From Rhina ancylostomus (taxonomy: Eukaryota), in the NCBI GenBank assembly GCA_030265395.1, contig JARFYF010000094.1, forward strand, positions 73,500,164 through 73,564,163: a DNA stretch of 64,000 bases, read 5' to 3'. The notes beneath the pieces are model-generated. The model was not told the DNA's origin, searched no databases, and saw nothing but the letters and a program-made list of their open reading frames with translations. Below, piece by piece: positions 25,285-38,454 of this stretch. Both the position numbers and the translations under genes were made by a program. Within the stretch, counting starts at the first letter, position 1, and each line of letters begins with the position of its first letter.

Positions 25285-27130
25285 ATAAAACACTCCAGAT
25301 GCTAAAAATCTGAAGCACAAACAGAGAATACTGGAAATATTCAGCAAGTCAGTTAGTATCTGTAATGAAAGAAAAAGTTAACATTTCAGGATATAATCTT
25401 CCATCAGAACTGGAGAAGGGTTAGATAGAGCTATAGTAAGTTTTAATTGAAGTGGTGAGGGAAGGGGAGGAAAAGAAGTGGGAGCTCTGTAATAGAATTG
25501 ATAGAGCAGTGGCTATCAGAAAATAGAGAGAAATGGCTCATTTTTAGGTTGAAAAACTCTAACTGATGGGATACGACTATTTCAAAGAGGCTGGAGTATA
25601 AAAGTAGGAAAGTCTTGTTACAATTGAATAGGTGTTGGTGAAATTTCATCTGGGGTACTACACCTGAAAAGGAGGGAGTTCACTAAATTGATTCTTGGGA
25701 TGATGGAGTTGTCCTGTGGGGACAGATGGAGCAGTTTGGGCCTCTGCTCTTTGGAGTTTAGGAAAATAAAAGATGAGACATTAAAGATCCAAAGGGAGCT
25801 TGATAAGATGGATGGTGAGAGGGTGTTTCCCCTCAAGGGGAAATCTGGAACTAAGGGCATTGTTTCAGAATAGGGGCTCATCCATTTAACACAGGATTGA
25901 AGAGTAATTTCTTCCTAGGGTTGCGAACCTTTGGTATTTTCTAACATAACGTGAAAATAGGTAATGCTGGAAACACTCAGCACATCAGGCAGCACCTGCA
26001 AAAAGAGAAACATGTTATTGACCTGAAACATTTTCTCTTTCCACAGATGCTAACACTGTTGTTTTCAGATTTCCAGCATGTGCATAGTCTTTAATTTTCA
26101 TTTACATTGGAATTCTCTCTCCCAGCGCTTCTAACAGCTGAGTCATTGAGTATATTAAAGGCTGAGACAAATTTTTGCTCTATAGGGAAGTCAAAGGGAA
26201 AAGGGAGGCCAGATCAGGGCCAAGTTCAGATCAGCCATAATCTTGTTGCGTGGTTGAATAGGCTCAAAGAGCTTCATGGTGTACTCCTGCTCCAATCCCA
26301 TTTATCATCCTTGTTATTTAATCGCTCTAGTCTTCCACATACGGGATGAAGGAAAGAAGCAAAAGGGAATGGTAAACAGAACAAATAAAGAAACAACCAT
26401 AGACTGGGGAAGGTGTAAGTAGGAATACCAGAGTCATCATCTAAAATTGTTGAACGTAATGATGCATCTGGAAGGCTCGAATATGTACCTAGTTGAAAAA
26501 GCTATAATTGAGCTTTGTTGGAACAATGTACAAAAAATGAAGCTGGAGAGATCAGAATGTTGGTGAAATAGAGAGTTAAAATGACAGGTCACTGGAAGCT
26601 CAGGATCATGCTTTCTGCCTTCATAGAGACATTCTACAAAAGGATATCCAAGCAGCATTTGTCTGTTTTACTGTAAAGAGAGCACATCATGAGCACTGAA
26701 TATTATACATCAGTTGAAATTAAATCAAAGTGTAAATATATCCCTGCATCACTTGGAAGAAATGGTTTAGTCCCTACATGGTGGGAAGGGTAGATGTTGG
26801 TTGCTTAAGTATGTGCTCTGTAAAGGGGATGTTTGGGGAATGATCCAGTGTGCTAAAAAGAACTGGTCCATTCAGAATGATGCAGTGAGTTGGGTAAAAT
26901 GTGTTTGGTGATTGTGCTACAGTTACGAAAAATGGTGGAGAATGATTTCTCTGGAAAAGGGTGGGATGACAAGGAACAAAGGTGAAGTGATGAAAGTAGA
27001 CATGTAGGGAATGGAAGGAATCCAATCAAGGGCCTCATCAAGCTGTGTGTGTGGGAACCCTATGAAGGAAAAGGAAAGATGTCAAAGGAATGGCATGCAA
27101 AGTGCATCATCAGCCTACCCCAATGACCCA
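25285..27130 (-). mobile_element. Decayed Penelope-like element (RT C-terminus, GIY-YIG, 3' terminal repeat) with nested CR1 fragments (about 25560-25940 and 26105-26330) and a palindromic copy (about 25950-26100)
   Basis: Minus strand gives FQV...IQCS*CALY (resembles GIY-YIG YCIxCxxCxxxYIG) near 26670-26760 and TKHILP near 26900; terminal motif at 25285-25415. Confidence 0.65.
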
Positions 27131-27699
27131 TCTCCTATCCCTCCCTCTTTCATCACCCATTCTTATGGACAACAGAAATGAACTCTGCCCAGTTATTCTT
27201 ATCAATGACTTCCTAACCTCTATTCTTGACCTAACTCGCCTAAAATAAAATTATTGCATTTCCTGCCCTTAAAAGCCTTCTCATTCTCACCTTTTATCTA
27301 ACAGTGTTTTAGTTAACTCTGATTTTACACTGTTTCCCTCCAAGGGCGTAACACCATTCCCATTTCCACATTAAATCTTTCAGGGAAAAATGAACTATTT
27401 TTATTACATTATCTGATTTTTTTTTCCTTGTATTCGGATTTTGAATTCATAACTAATTGTAAATCCTGGATTCCTATAGAAAGAATTTGCTTGTAAAGGT
27501 CAAGAACAAATTGCCCATTGGGTATTAATAATTGACTCTGTTCTTGTGTAATTGCATCAAACTGTGCTCGGATTGGCCTTGAAGTTCATGTAATAATTCA
27601 CAATGAAAGCAACAGAAGCTACAGTGTCTGAGGAGAAGTAACAGCAAGGCTCATTATGTGGTAGTTTCAAGCAAAAATAAATTTAATTTGTGCAAAATT

Positions 27700-29100
27700 A
27701 CAGAAAACCTGAAAGCAAAGAGCCATAACAGATTCCAAGGGGATACATATACACAGGTGGAATGGGAAACATGTGAAATGTAATCCAGAAAAATCCAAAG
27801 TGTCAGAAGAACAGGGAGAGGCAAAATAAATAATATGGCGTAATTCTAAAAGGGTACTGAAACAGAGGTTTGGGATTACATTGCATGTGGCAAAGCAAAC
27901 TAAAACATAGAGATTCCTTAGAGAGGGTCCAGGAGAAATTTATAAGAATATCTACAGGGATGAGGTATTCTGTTAAGTGGATAGAGGAGAGGCTGTGCTT
28001 GTTCTTCTTAGAACAAAGACTGAGAAGGGATCTGATGGAGGTCCCCATAATTCCTTAGTGCTTCTCCACAGTGTGCTGATTTGATGTAGAGCTCTTGGTC
28101 CTGGAGTTGGAACATGCACAGGTATATAATCCCCCGTACTTCAAAAAAAATACATCCCCTCAGGCAACATACTTCTGTGACAGGAACCTGGCTCTGCGAG
28201 CTCAATGGAGGTCACTGGCATTAGAGCTTGTTTACCACAGAGAAATTTCTGGGCTGGGAACAGCTAACAAAGGGAGGGGGGAGATAGCAGCATCCATTAT
28301 ATCCAACAAGAAGAGATGTGGGAGTCTGTAGGACCAGTGTCAACTGGCAACATCTGGAGCCGGTACTGCCAGTCCCCAGCAATAGCCCACACTCACACAT
28401 TGGCCAAGCTGCAGCCCAGGTCCCTGCATCTCAGTGCTGTGCAGTGGCACCACTCGCCCCAACCCACCCAACACCAGCCCTCATGAGGCAGCCATTTCAC
28501 ATTGTCTTGTTGGCTCACACTCCACCAAAGCCATGTGGCATTGGGGTCACTTTAATCACTTCATTGCAGTGGGAGGGCCAGCAAAGGACTGAGCCCTCAA
28601 CTAGATTCCCAACAGAATAGCAGGGAACAAGGCAGGGTTTGTACAACACTGCTGTCAGTAACATGTCTCTGCATATGAAATCGCTTTAATGATCCCTCGT
28701 AGTGCTCATTCCACTGACATTGCTGGGAACACATCCTGAGATCTAAGTGAGATGCCAGCGCATTTAAAATTATGAATTGTGTAGACCAAGTAAATAGAAA
28801 GAATCATTCCATCAACAGGAACAATTCAATGGCAAGAGGATATGGAATGAGGGTGCTTGGCAAAAATGCCTAAAAATGATATGAGAAAAAGACTCTTTAT
28901 GCAAAAAGCAGTTTGGATCAAGAGAGCACTACTAGAGATAGTAGTGAAGATAATTTCAATTCTGCCATTCAAAAGGGAGCTGGATAAGCACTGAAGAAAA
29001 CGATTCAAACAATATTTGGGAAAAGATAGGCTTAGCTGGATTGTTCTTGCAATAGAGCCAGTATATGCTCAGTGACACAATGGGCCTTTTCTGAGAAAGG
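27700..29100 (+). mobile_element. Decayed CR1 3' part interrupted by a GC-richer insert (about 28043-28762)
   Basis: LERVQEKFIR...LEQRLRRDLMEV stops at 28042 and resumes as aaaattatgaa...gtaaatagaaagaa at about 28765. Confidence 0.7.
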
Positions 29101-29217
29101 AAAGATGGATTAAACTACCACAATAGTCTTGAATGATTACAGAACCTATATTTTATGGCAGCATCTGCTCTATATTCCATTTAGAAAAACATGACAAAAT
29201 ATGATCTCTTTTCCCAG

Positions 29218-29415
29218 AGCAAGCAAAGCTCTTCGTACTCGGACAGAGACACAACTGAGGAAGAATCCGAGTCGCTTGACGATATGGATTTTCTTACGAG
29301 GCAGAAAAAGTTGCAAGCTGAAGCTAAGATGGCTCTTGCTATGGCAAAGCCAATGGCAAAGATGCAAGTTGAAGTAGAAAAGCAGAACAGGAAGAAATCT
29401 CCAGTGGCTGATTTG
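29218..29415 (+). CDS. SCHIP1: SCHIP1 internal coding exon C (198 bp, phase 0 to 0)
   Basis: Acceptor ttttcccAG|AGC and donor TTG|GTAAGT. Translates [66 protein letters not shown]. Confidence 0.97.
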
Positions 29416-30439
29416 GTAAGTTTTATTCAATGTGCAGTAGAAATACAAAAGTTTTGGTCTTAATGGTAACTCATCTTAGTTATATACAGATGAAAGTGAC
29501 TTTAAACACACAATCTCCTCCACTGCAGTTTAATCAGTTACGTTATTACTTTAGGTCAGTAGAGAGAAAAGCTTTAATTATACCTATTCTGACAGTGTTT
29601 GGAGTAAGTGACTGGTTGTCTTCTCTCTGCCGTCTCAATACAATTGTGTAACATAAGAATTTATGGTTGTACACTTACCATCAATCACAGTAACATGTTT
29701 TGACATAATTTAGCTGCACAATGATTCAGGAAAGTTGCAGAAATTAAATAATGTCTGGTGTCATGAGCAATGGTTTTTAATTTCCACATCCCTTAGAGAA
29801 TGTATTAAAGCTTTATTCAGTTAATTCTGAGATTGCCCCTCAAAGTCAAGAGCAGTAAGCAAGTTAAATTTGATGCTGAATGCATATCTAATGCAAGTTT
29901 GTCATTTTTTTAATTAATAAAGGAAGCTTCCCAGGCACTATTCTTGGTACTTGGACAAAACAGCTTATGGTGACTGCAGTTTTGGGTCCTTCCCCTGTTT
30001 ATACACTTCTGCTTTTGCCTTTTAAATCTTGGATCATTTTTGTAATTGTACAAAAGAAGTACAGGAAATACAGAAGATGCATTTGGGAGTCTTGCCATTT
30101 ATGTAGATGGGAAGCTACGGTTAGAGATAAAGTAAGGTAACTTAAAGGCACCATTGTAGTAGATACTATTGTTAGTTTTATAGTAGATGGATTCCTTTGT
30201 TGACAGTTGCCATTGACTTAAAAATTTCAAAGTATTCCTTAATTAAAGGTTAAATTCTGGTTGTAGATCAGTTGACTTTAAAGCCTTTGGGGCAGTGATT
30301 AAAGTAACTCTTTTAAGTGCTAAAATGGGACATCTTTATCACAGCACCAAATGCAGACCTTTCTTCGTAAAGCAGCATTCTTTTTCCTTTAGGACCATGA
30401 ACTCCAATTGAATTCAGTGAATTGGAGGTTATGTTACAT

Positions 30440-31375
30440 GGAAACATAAAAATTAGGAGCAGGCATGGAGATGAGGGGCTGCTCCACTATTCACCACAAT
30501 CATGGCTGATCATTCACTTCTATCCCATGTTTCTACCTGTTCCTCTACAGTTAAAACCTGTCATTTGTATTGAAAAAGTCTTTCCCTCAAAATATTATTT
30601 TTGGGCTCTCTTTCATTATGTTCTTGATATTCATTTATTATAATAAATGTTAATAAATTATAATATAACTGTTCTTGTTTTGCGTGTTCCAGCTTATATT
30701 GCTTGACTTCATTTGTGAAACATATGAACTTAACTAAAATTAAAATTTTCATATGCTGAACTTTAAACTTCCCCGGAAGAACATAAGAAACTGAAGCAGG
30801 AGTAGGCAACACAGGCCCTTTATGTGCTCCACAGATTATGGGTGATCTGAACTTTAGCCTTAACTGCACTTTCCTGCTTTATCCCATTGTTCCTTGATTT
30901 TCCCCTCTTGTCCTAGTCACTGAACCGCCACAACTCTCGTGGAGCAGAAAATTTCAAAAACTCTCAACCATCAGAGAGACATGTTCTGCCACATCCCTCT
31001 CTTGTGTAATTGATACCTCATCCTGCAATCAAGCTCCCTTCTTCTAGAGGTCTACAGGATAGAAACAGGCCCTTCAGCCCACCAAGTCAAGCATCCACTA
31101 ATGCTTGCTTAATCCCTCTATTTTTTAATCATTTCCACATTCACAAACTCTTTCCACCAACCCCCCCCGCCCCAAGCCCCGGATTCCACAACTCATCTAC
31201 ACATGAGGAGCGGTTTATAGTGGCAAATTAATCTACCAACCCACATATTTTGGGAGGAAAACCACTTGGTCATAAGAAGAACATGCAAACTCCGCACAGA
31301 CAGCACCCAAGGTCTGGACTGAACCTGGGTTGTCGAAACTGTGTGGCAGCAGCTCTACTGGCTGTGACTATGCCA
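30440..31375 (-). mobile_element. Antisense CR1 3' fragments and a V-SINE-type SINE (about 31045-31375)
   Basis: acataagaaactgaagcaggagtaggc; aaacaggcccttcagccc; gaacatgcaaactccgcacagacagcaccc...gaacctggg. Confidence 0.7.
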
Positions 31376-33719
31376 ATTCATAGTTTTCCACCAGGTGAAA
31401 CATTCCCACATCATTCATCATGCAAAGTCCCTTTGGAACCTTATTTCTTCGATGTATATAAGTGATTACCACCTTTTTTCCTTAAAAGGTTCCACTCAAA
31501 CTCAAAATTTGAAAAGTATTCTTACCTGCAGTTGGGTGCCTAGTTTTTCCTCCATAACGTTCACCTTGTTACTGAATAACATCACCAACAACTCTGGCAA
31601 ATGATGTTTTAAAGGATAAGTTACAGAATGTTAATTTTTTACAGTAACATGTTGGACACAAATTACAAAATGCTGTTTTAACAACCATCCAGCTTTATGC
31701 TTTCATTGTATGTTATCTTCTGATCTAGTTATAATCCAGCATGTCCAAGGTCACAAAACAGCATTTAATTTGCCTGAAATACTGCAGTTCCTATGTCATA
31801 CTGGTGTATGAGCTGAATGTCCATTTACAATTTAAGGCTCTCTTTCCCTTTGCCTTGATATGACCTAAGCTGCTGTGTTATGAACTGAAAATACTTTTGC
31901 TAAATTAACCATGATAACAAAATGCTGATGCTGGCCCTTTAGTTTATCTGCATGGTCACTGAAGCAGGCAAACAAGACTCTTCATTGAATCATCTTATTC
32001 AGATTATTCAACATTAAAGGAACTGTGATGCTCAAAATTTGGAAGGATATTAAAAAATCCTGACTTGGGTATTGAATAATTGAGCAGTATTTCCTCTACC
32101 TCACCATTTGAGAACAAACATCCATATATTTTCCTCAAAAATTATGCCAAGACATAAATGTGATTATGTGGGAGGTTCACACTCCAATTATAGAAGTTCA
32201 ATTGTGCTTAAAACAATCATTAGATCAGCTCTAAACATGTTTTGGTTTAAATAACATCGCATATTACAACAGAATGAAATACTTTGGGGTGGGGTCCTGG
32301 ATTTTCCACTTGATTTCTGCCAGTTCCTCAGCAGGCTGAGGTAGAAAATGCAATATGAGCCAATGCTCCTGACAGTACTGGGAGGTTTGCCCAAATTAGG
32401 CAGATGTGTTATAATAATATGCAAATGACAGAAATGTATTGCCAACATTTGTGCAGTAGCAGTGTGCAGCACAAAGGATGCCAGTTTTACTTTGATGGCC
32501 AACACTGCTTCAGGTCTGGCACAGCAACTACTACAAAGCTCAAAAGCTTTTGCACCCAGTTAAGATTTTGCTACATTTGAAAAATCCAGAGAAATGTGGA
32601 AAATATTCAACATTTATACCTGCAGCATAGGGTCCTGCCCAGCACATATTCACCTCAAAGACTGGGGACTGCAGAATTGTGTCCAATTCTTGTTCTGCAG
32701 TTTACTGTCCATAGGAATACTTCACTGGGGAGACAACCTAATCTATGTAAATGGCTAAGGCAGGAATATTTGAATGGGTTCAGTTCAATTTTTTATAGCA
32801 AGTAGTAGTTGTACCAATAAGGAAATTGCACTGTATATTTGCTCACTTATGGTATTTTTGTCATTTTTAATAGCCCATTTTATTACTCTTATTGTCAATT
32901 TTTTTCTAATCTTTATCAAACAGATGCCTGTGCAGACCCAGATTCCATGGATCTTTGTAATTTGCCAGAGGGTGAATTGTTTCCCCTTTTGATCCCATGA
33001 GCACATCAGGCTCTTCAATGCTGGCATTAAAATGCAAAATACGAAAATGCTACAAACCAACTAATGCAGTGAAGCAACTTGGTGTTAATTAGCTGGCCTA
33101 ATGTAGTCACTTATTTCACTGGTGCACTTTAAAACAATGTTTATTTATAATGTTTAATGGAGGTAATTTTGGAGATGATTTTCCTAGACCTGATACTAAA
33201 ATGGGGATTAAGATTTGTCTGCTAACTTTTAATCCATAATGACTCAAAACAAAATTAAAAGAACAGGTTTAGTAACATCCTTAATGGAAAAAAAAATCCT
33301 TAATGGACTCCAGCTCACACCAGTGTCATTGACTATAAACTCCCACTGAAGTTGTCTAATGTTTGGAAGAATTACAAAAATATAACTGGATGGACCCCTC
33401 AGCTTTGAAAGAAAATGCACACAAACCATATAACCCTGTAAAAAAAATTTTCTTCGGTGATATCTGGGAACTGGTTCCGAAGCTGGAAGCCCTGTCTCAC
33501 ACCCTGGGCATCAAGAAATGGTCAAGTCTAGTGGACACAGCCGGAAGTTAAGGTCCCCAATAAGCTCCCAAGTTTCTTTTCAGAAACATTTACATGATCT
33601 CATACGGTCTCTGACCTAATATTCCTTTGACATTATAAGAATGTCTCCAGTACAGTTGTAACTTACTTTATTGATTGCTTTTTGGAGATCCTGTTGCTAA
33701 GTAAATTGTTTTTTTTCAG

Positions 33720-33843
33720 TTGCCTCATATGCCCCATATTAGTGAAAGTTTGATGAAGCGGAGTCTCAAACCCACAGACTTGCGCGACATGACTCTTGGC
33801 CAGCTGCAGGTTATAGTCAATGACTTACACTCCCAGATTGAGA
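33720..33843 (+). CDS. SCHIP1: SCHIP1 internal coding exon D (124 bp, phase 0 to 1)
   Basis: Acceptor tttttttcAG|TTG and donor GAGA|GTAAGT. Translates [41 protein letters not shown]. Confidence 0.97.
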
Positions 33844-34897
33844 GTAAGTATTTCATTTTCTACATCTGGTTTCTATTGCAGAATGTACATATGTTATACA
33901 AATGCTGGGACACTATATTGGTTGTAGTTGAAGAACATGTCTGGAAGTGGCAGTAGAAGCATTATCAAACTAAATACCACTATGAAGTATATAACTAATA
34001 TAAGGACAGGTGATTTAAAAAGCCTTATCAAAGGGGATGGATTTCATGGATTTCTTGAAGGAACCAGAGAGGAACAAGGGACAACAAACTGCTTTGGTAT
34101 TAGAGGAAGCTGACAGTCCAGCATTGGTCTCAACAAGGATTCCAATGTCAGAGTGCAGTCAGGAGATCACCGGTGAGCATTTCTCAGGAGTTTGGATCAA
34201 ATCCTGCATTTGATCATAGGTACATGGGAATTCTGAGCTTCCTCACAGTTCCTTGTGGAATTGCTGCATTTCTCAAGTAAAACTGGGCTTCCCCCTCTCC
34301 CTCAAATGTAGGACATATTAGATCCTTTACTAGCAAATTAGCTGAGCTCACACATATTAGATCAAACATCAGGCCTTTCTGATCTAGTCCAGATGGTTAA
34401 TTGTTGAACATGCTGAAACATCAAAGGAAACTTCCAGTTTCCATTATATATGTTTGTTCACGCCTAGGATGTGGTATGTCTCATAATTTTTATGAGATCT
34501 GATCCAACTGCCCATGATCACCGATCCCCCACCCCTTCCCCAATTTAAACATCAGGAACTATAAATAGGAAGGAATCCAGGATTACTCAGAATCCACGTG
34601 GCACTTACCAGTAAATACGGCAGACTGTGTTGGCAGATCTGAAGTGAGCTTTTCCAGATTTCATTGCAGCACTGTCTATTCAAGCTAATGTTAAGTGCAA
34701 TAGTCTTCAAAATGAATTTGAGAATGAGAAACCATTTAACAAAAGTTAATTTTTAACATTAATACCACTTTGAAGAGATTTTCTATGTTTCAGTATCATG
34801 GTTATATGGTGCTTTCACTCTACATCTTATTGTAATACATTGTTTCAACACTTTCAACATGGGGCATTGTGATAATTATCTATTTTGTTTTAAAATT

Positions 34898-35005
34898 TAA
34901 AAGACTGCAGATGCTGGTAATATGAACTAGAAAACGCTGGAAATGCTCAGCAGATCAGGTCCTCCTTCCGTAGATGCTGCCTGACCTGTTGAGCTTCCAT
35001 TATTT
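34898..35005. mobile_element. Internally deleted Penelope-derived palindromic element
   Basis: gactgcagatgctgg...gctggaaatgctcagcagatcagg pairs with gatgctgcctgacctgttgagc. Confidence 0.65.
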
Positions 35006-38000
35006 TATAAGTTTATTTTAAACTATCTGAAGGATGCCCAAATTTGTATTCAGCTCATTTCCTGAAGAGTTTTTGACTTTCATTCATTTTTAGTGCAAAC
35101 TTTATTCTATATGGGTGTCTTTTTAAATGTAATATATATTAATGGATTTCATCTCTGTCATAGACAACAGTAGCAGTGCAGGGAAGCAAACTATGCAGTT
35201 GTACTTTGATTAAAATATAGTATAATTTTATTTGGGCTATTAAAGCAGACAAAAGACAACTCGTATTACATATAAGGCAGTGGAGTGCATATGCAGATTA
35301 ACAGGTTAAACTAAAACATTGGAAAATGTAGCATAATAGGGAATTTAATTTGTAACAGCTGCAGGCCAGGTATCTTCAGTGCACATGATATTAGCACCAG
35401 AGAGCCAGGAACACCAGTTTTTTTCTAATGCTATATGACTTCACAAATGAATGCAGAATATTTCAGTATTGGAGTACTACACTGAGACAAATGCATTTTC
35501 TTTGATGCAAACACCCAGCAAAAGGGCTATATGCTTTTGTTTAAGTTTCTGTTATGGAAAATATTTGTCGATTACTTATAGTCTATCCTTTTCATCTGTG
35601 TCAGGTAATACATCATCCCATTTATAGTGAGGAATTTTCATAACACCCTCACCTTAGTCATGCCCTATGAATAATTCACAGTTGTACATGGACTTGCATA
35701 AGATTTGACTGTTTGGTTTGTGGTTAATATCATCCTTGAGCAAGAAGTCATGTCCCAAACCATTCACTGTCAGTGTGAAGGATATGTTTGGATGGATATT
35801 GCTGTGATAACTCAGTTCCATTATTTTGCTATATAAGAGACAATTTAAGAGTGCCGCTCTTTTCGTTTTGATTGAAGAGCAAATTTTATTCGGGGTGTGT
35901 TTGACCATCATGCAAGGCCTATTAAGCAAGCTGTTGTAACAAATTTAATTTATTCTTGACACAGTGCTCTATTTCTGCTAATTTTAAAATGAATCTGCAT
36001 AAGTGATTTGGTATGTGTCCATAAGACAGTACATGCTCAACATGTGAAACCTCTAATAGGAACTACTTAAAATTCTTGGAACAATGTGGAAGGGATCATT
36101 ATTTTTGAAGCTGATTTGTAGTGTGTGTGAAGCTGATTGTAATGTGTGTAGTTTCACACACTGCATTCAGCTTTGAGGGTCACTATTTCTTAATGCAATA
36201 TGGACTATTGATCCTTTAGAATATGTAAGCCAGAAATTAAAAATATCAAATTTAACAACTGTTCCTCATAAAAGTATTTCAGTAGAAAGAATATACTTAC
36301 CTTAAATTAAGATTTCGGATAGCTTTGCTAATTTATTTTTTACAACTGGACTGCAATTAATCTGGGAAGTTCTCAAGCGTCTAGTTAATACACTACCTTT
36401 TGTCTCCCAATTGAATTTGACTTTCGTCAACAGTTTGAACTTTTAGATGCTGCAGATAATTATAAAAATCTAATCAGTTTTCAGAGATATTTAAGAGGGG
36501 ACTAAGTGGTTTCATGTTGAGAGAAACACTGGTGCAGACTTGAAATTGCACTCTCATAGCTTAATGCACATTAGTGGTGAATTGTGTTTTCTTGAGTTCC
36601 ATTTCAGTTTGGGTTCATTTTTTCATCAAGGCAAGTCACTATTTAGTCAGTAACATTAAATCACGTTTGTGCAACATGTCTATGCAACAAAAGCCACACA
36701 AAGACAACGGAAAACTTAGATGGGTTTGCTTAATCAGCTACTACTAACCAAGGAGGCAGAGGCGTGACCTTGCATTCTTGGAGGAGACAGTGCCAAAAAT
36801 GAAAAGTGCACAGATTTTTAAAACTTTTAATTACGATACTGCTATTAGATTTAAAAACAAAATCAAAGAATCACCAGTTATCCAAACGAGCAATCAATAA
36901 AATCTTTACTTCAACTTTTTTGCTACATACCTTTTACGATATGAAATTAATTTTGGCATATACGTTTCCTTCAGGATTTACCACTACCTCTCATTAGTCT
37001 GGTTTCTATACAGCTTCCCAACACCCTTCCCTAACTTACTAAATGCCATAGTGTTTCTGACTAACGTCTGATCTTAAGGAGGCTATATTCAATGCCTTCA
37101 AATTCTGAGGGGTCAGAATTTCTCGCTTTTGATGTATTCAGTGCACCAATTTTATACTGTCTACTTGTATGCATGATTGTTGTGTATTAACCATGCTATT
37201 TGTTGTTTGCGCAACATGCACGATAAAACTTAAAGCTTGTCTGCACCTCTGGTAGAACGGTGACAATGTAAGTTGAGCTGCAGGTGGCTGACCTGGGAGA
37301 TATTGAAGAGATGACTTCTAGGTTTTTTGACACAGTTTAAACTGATCCAAACCTTGGTGTAATTATAGTGTCCAAGCTAATTGATGAACCAGTAAGTGGA
37401 CAAGGTTTTCATTCTTAAGGTCAGAATTTCTGACAGGCCATTTACTGATGTACTCTTTTAGGATGATGTGTGTGTAAAGGATAGAAAGATTTGGTAATGA
37501 ATTACCAGCCGTGTTTATGACTTGCATCATGTATGGCTCGAGACATAATAAGTTCTAACAAAGGACTGAAAATGTAGAATGAAACAAGACTAAACTTCAG
37601 AAGTGCCCCAATTAATATGTGTTTTACTTTGGGAGGTGGGGGCAGAGGTGGAATCCAAACCAAATAAGTGTATCAAAGAGACGGCCTGGTAAGCCTGGTG
37701 TCATACATTGAAAGATGAAATATAGACCCCAATCATTATGTAAATAGTCTTTTTATTCTTTCTTTTAAGGCCATCAACATTTTTCAAGCAAGAGAATNNN
37801 NNNNATGGTTGAGTAAATCACAGTAGGATGCCTGATTTGAGGTATCAGAAGTTTGGAATGCCTTCTTCTCTGATAAAGTTCTCCCTCATAAAAAGGGTTT
37901 TAAAAATATCAATTAAGGGTGAAGGAAGTGTGGGGAGTTGTCTAGTCCTGTAACAAAGATGATTTTGAAATTCTGAACCAGTTGATTCAACCGCTCAGGT

Positions 38001-38454
38001 GACATTGCTTTGAACCAATCTTCTACCAGTCTCAGAGAGAAAAAAATACTTTTTCCAGCACAGAATCAGAATTGGAAAATGTTCTGCATGAAGACAAGTT
38101 TGTATGCCTGAATATTCTGCACAGCACCATGTAATTTTGTGGTTTTCTACTGATCAGTTTCCACAGTTGAAGTACTTGTGTGACACTTCCAGCAGAGCAG
38201 TTGAATAGTGGGCTTGCAACCAAAGTTACCTGCTGAAACAGCTTGGAATGGGTTAAGGGAATCTATTTTAATGGAGGTGCAGGAATGCAGCCATAAGTGC
38301 TTCCTAAAAATTAAGATGGCCTTTTTCTCTGTTTTTTCAAGCTGTGATTCCAGGAGCATCTTCTTCATTGGTAGAGACTGTATTCATTTAGTACCTCACC
38401 CATACCCTCTGCCTCCTTGATAAACAGGACTTATTAGTAACACAGCTATGCTTA

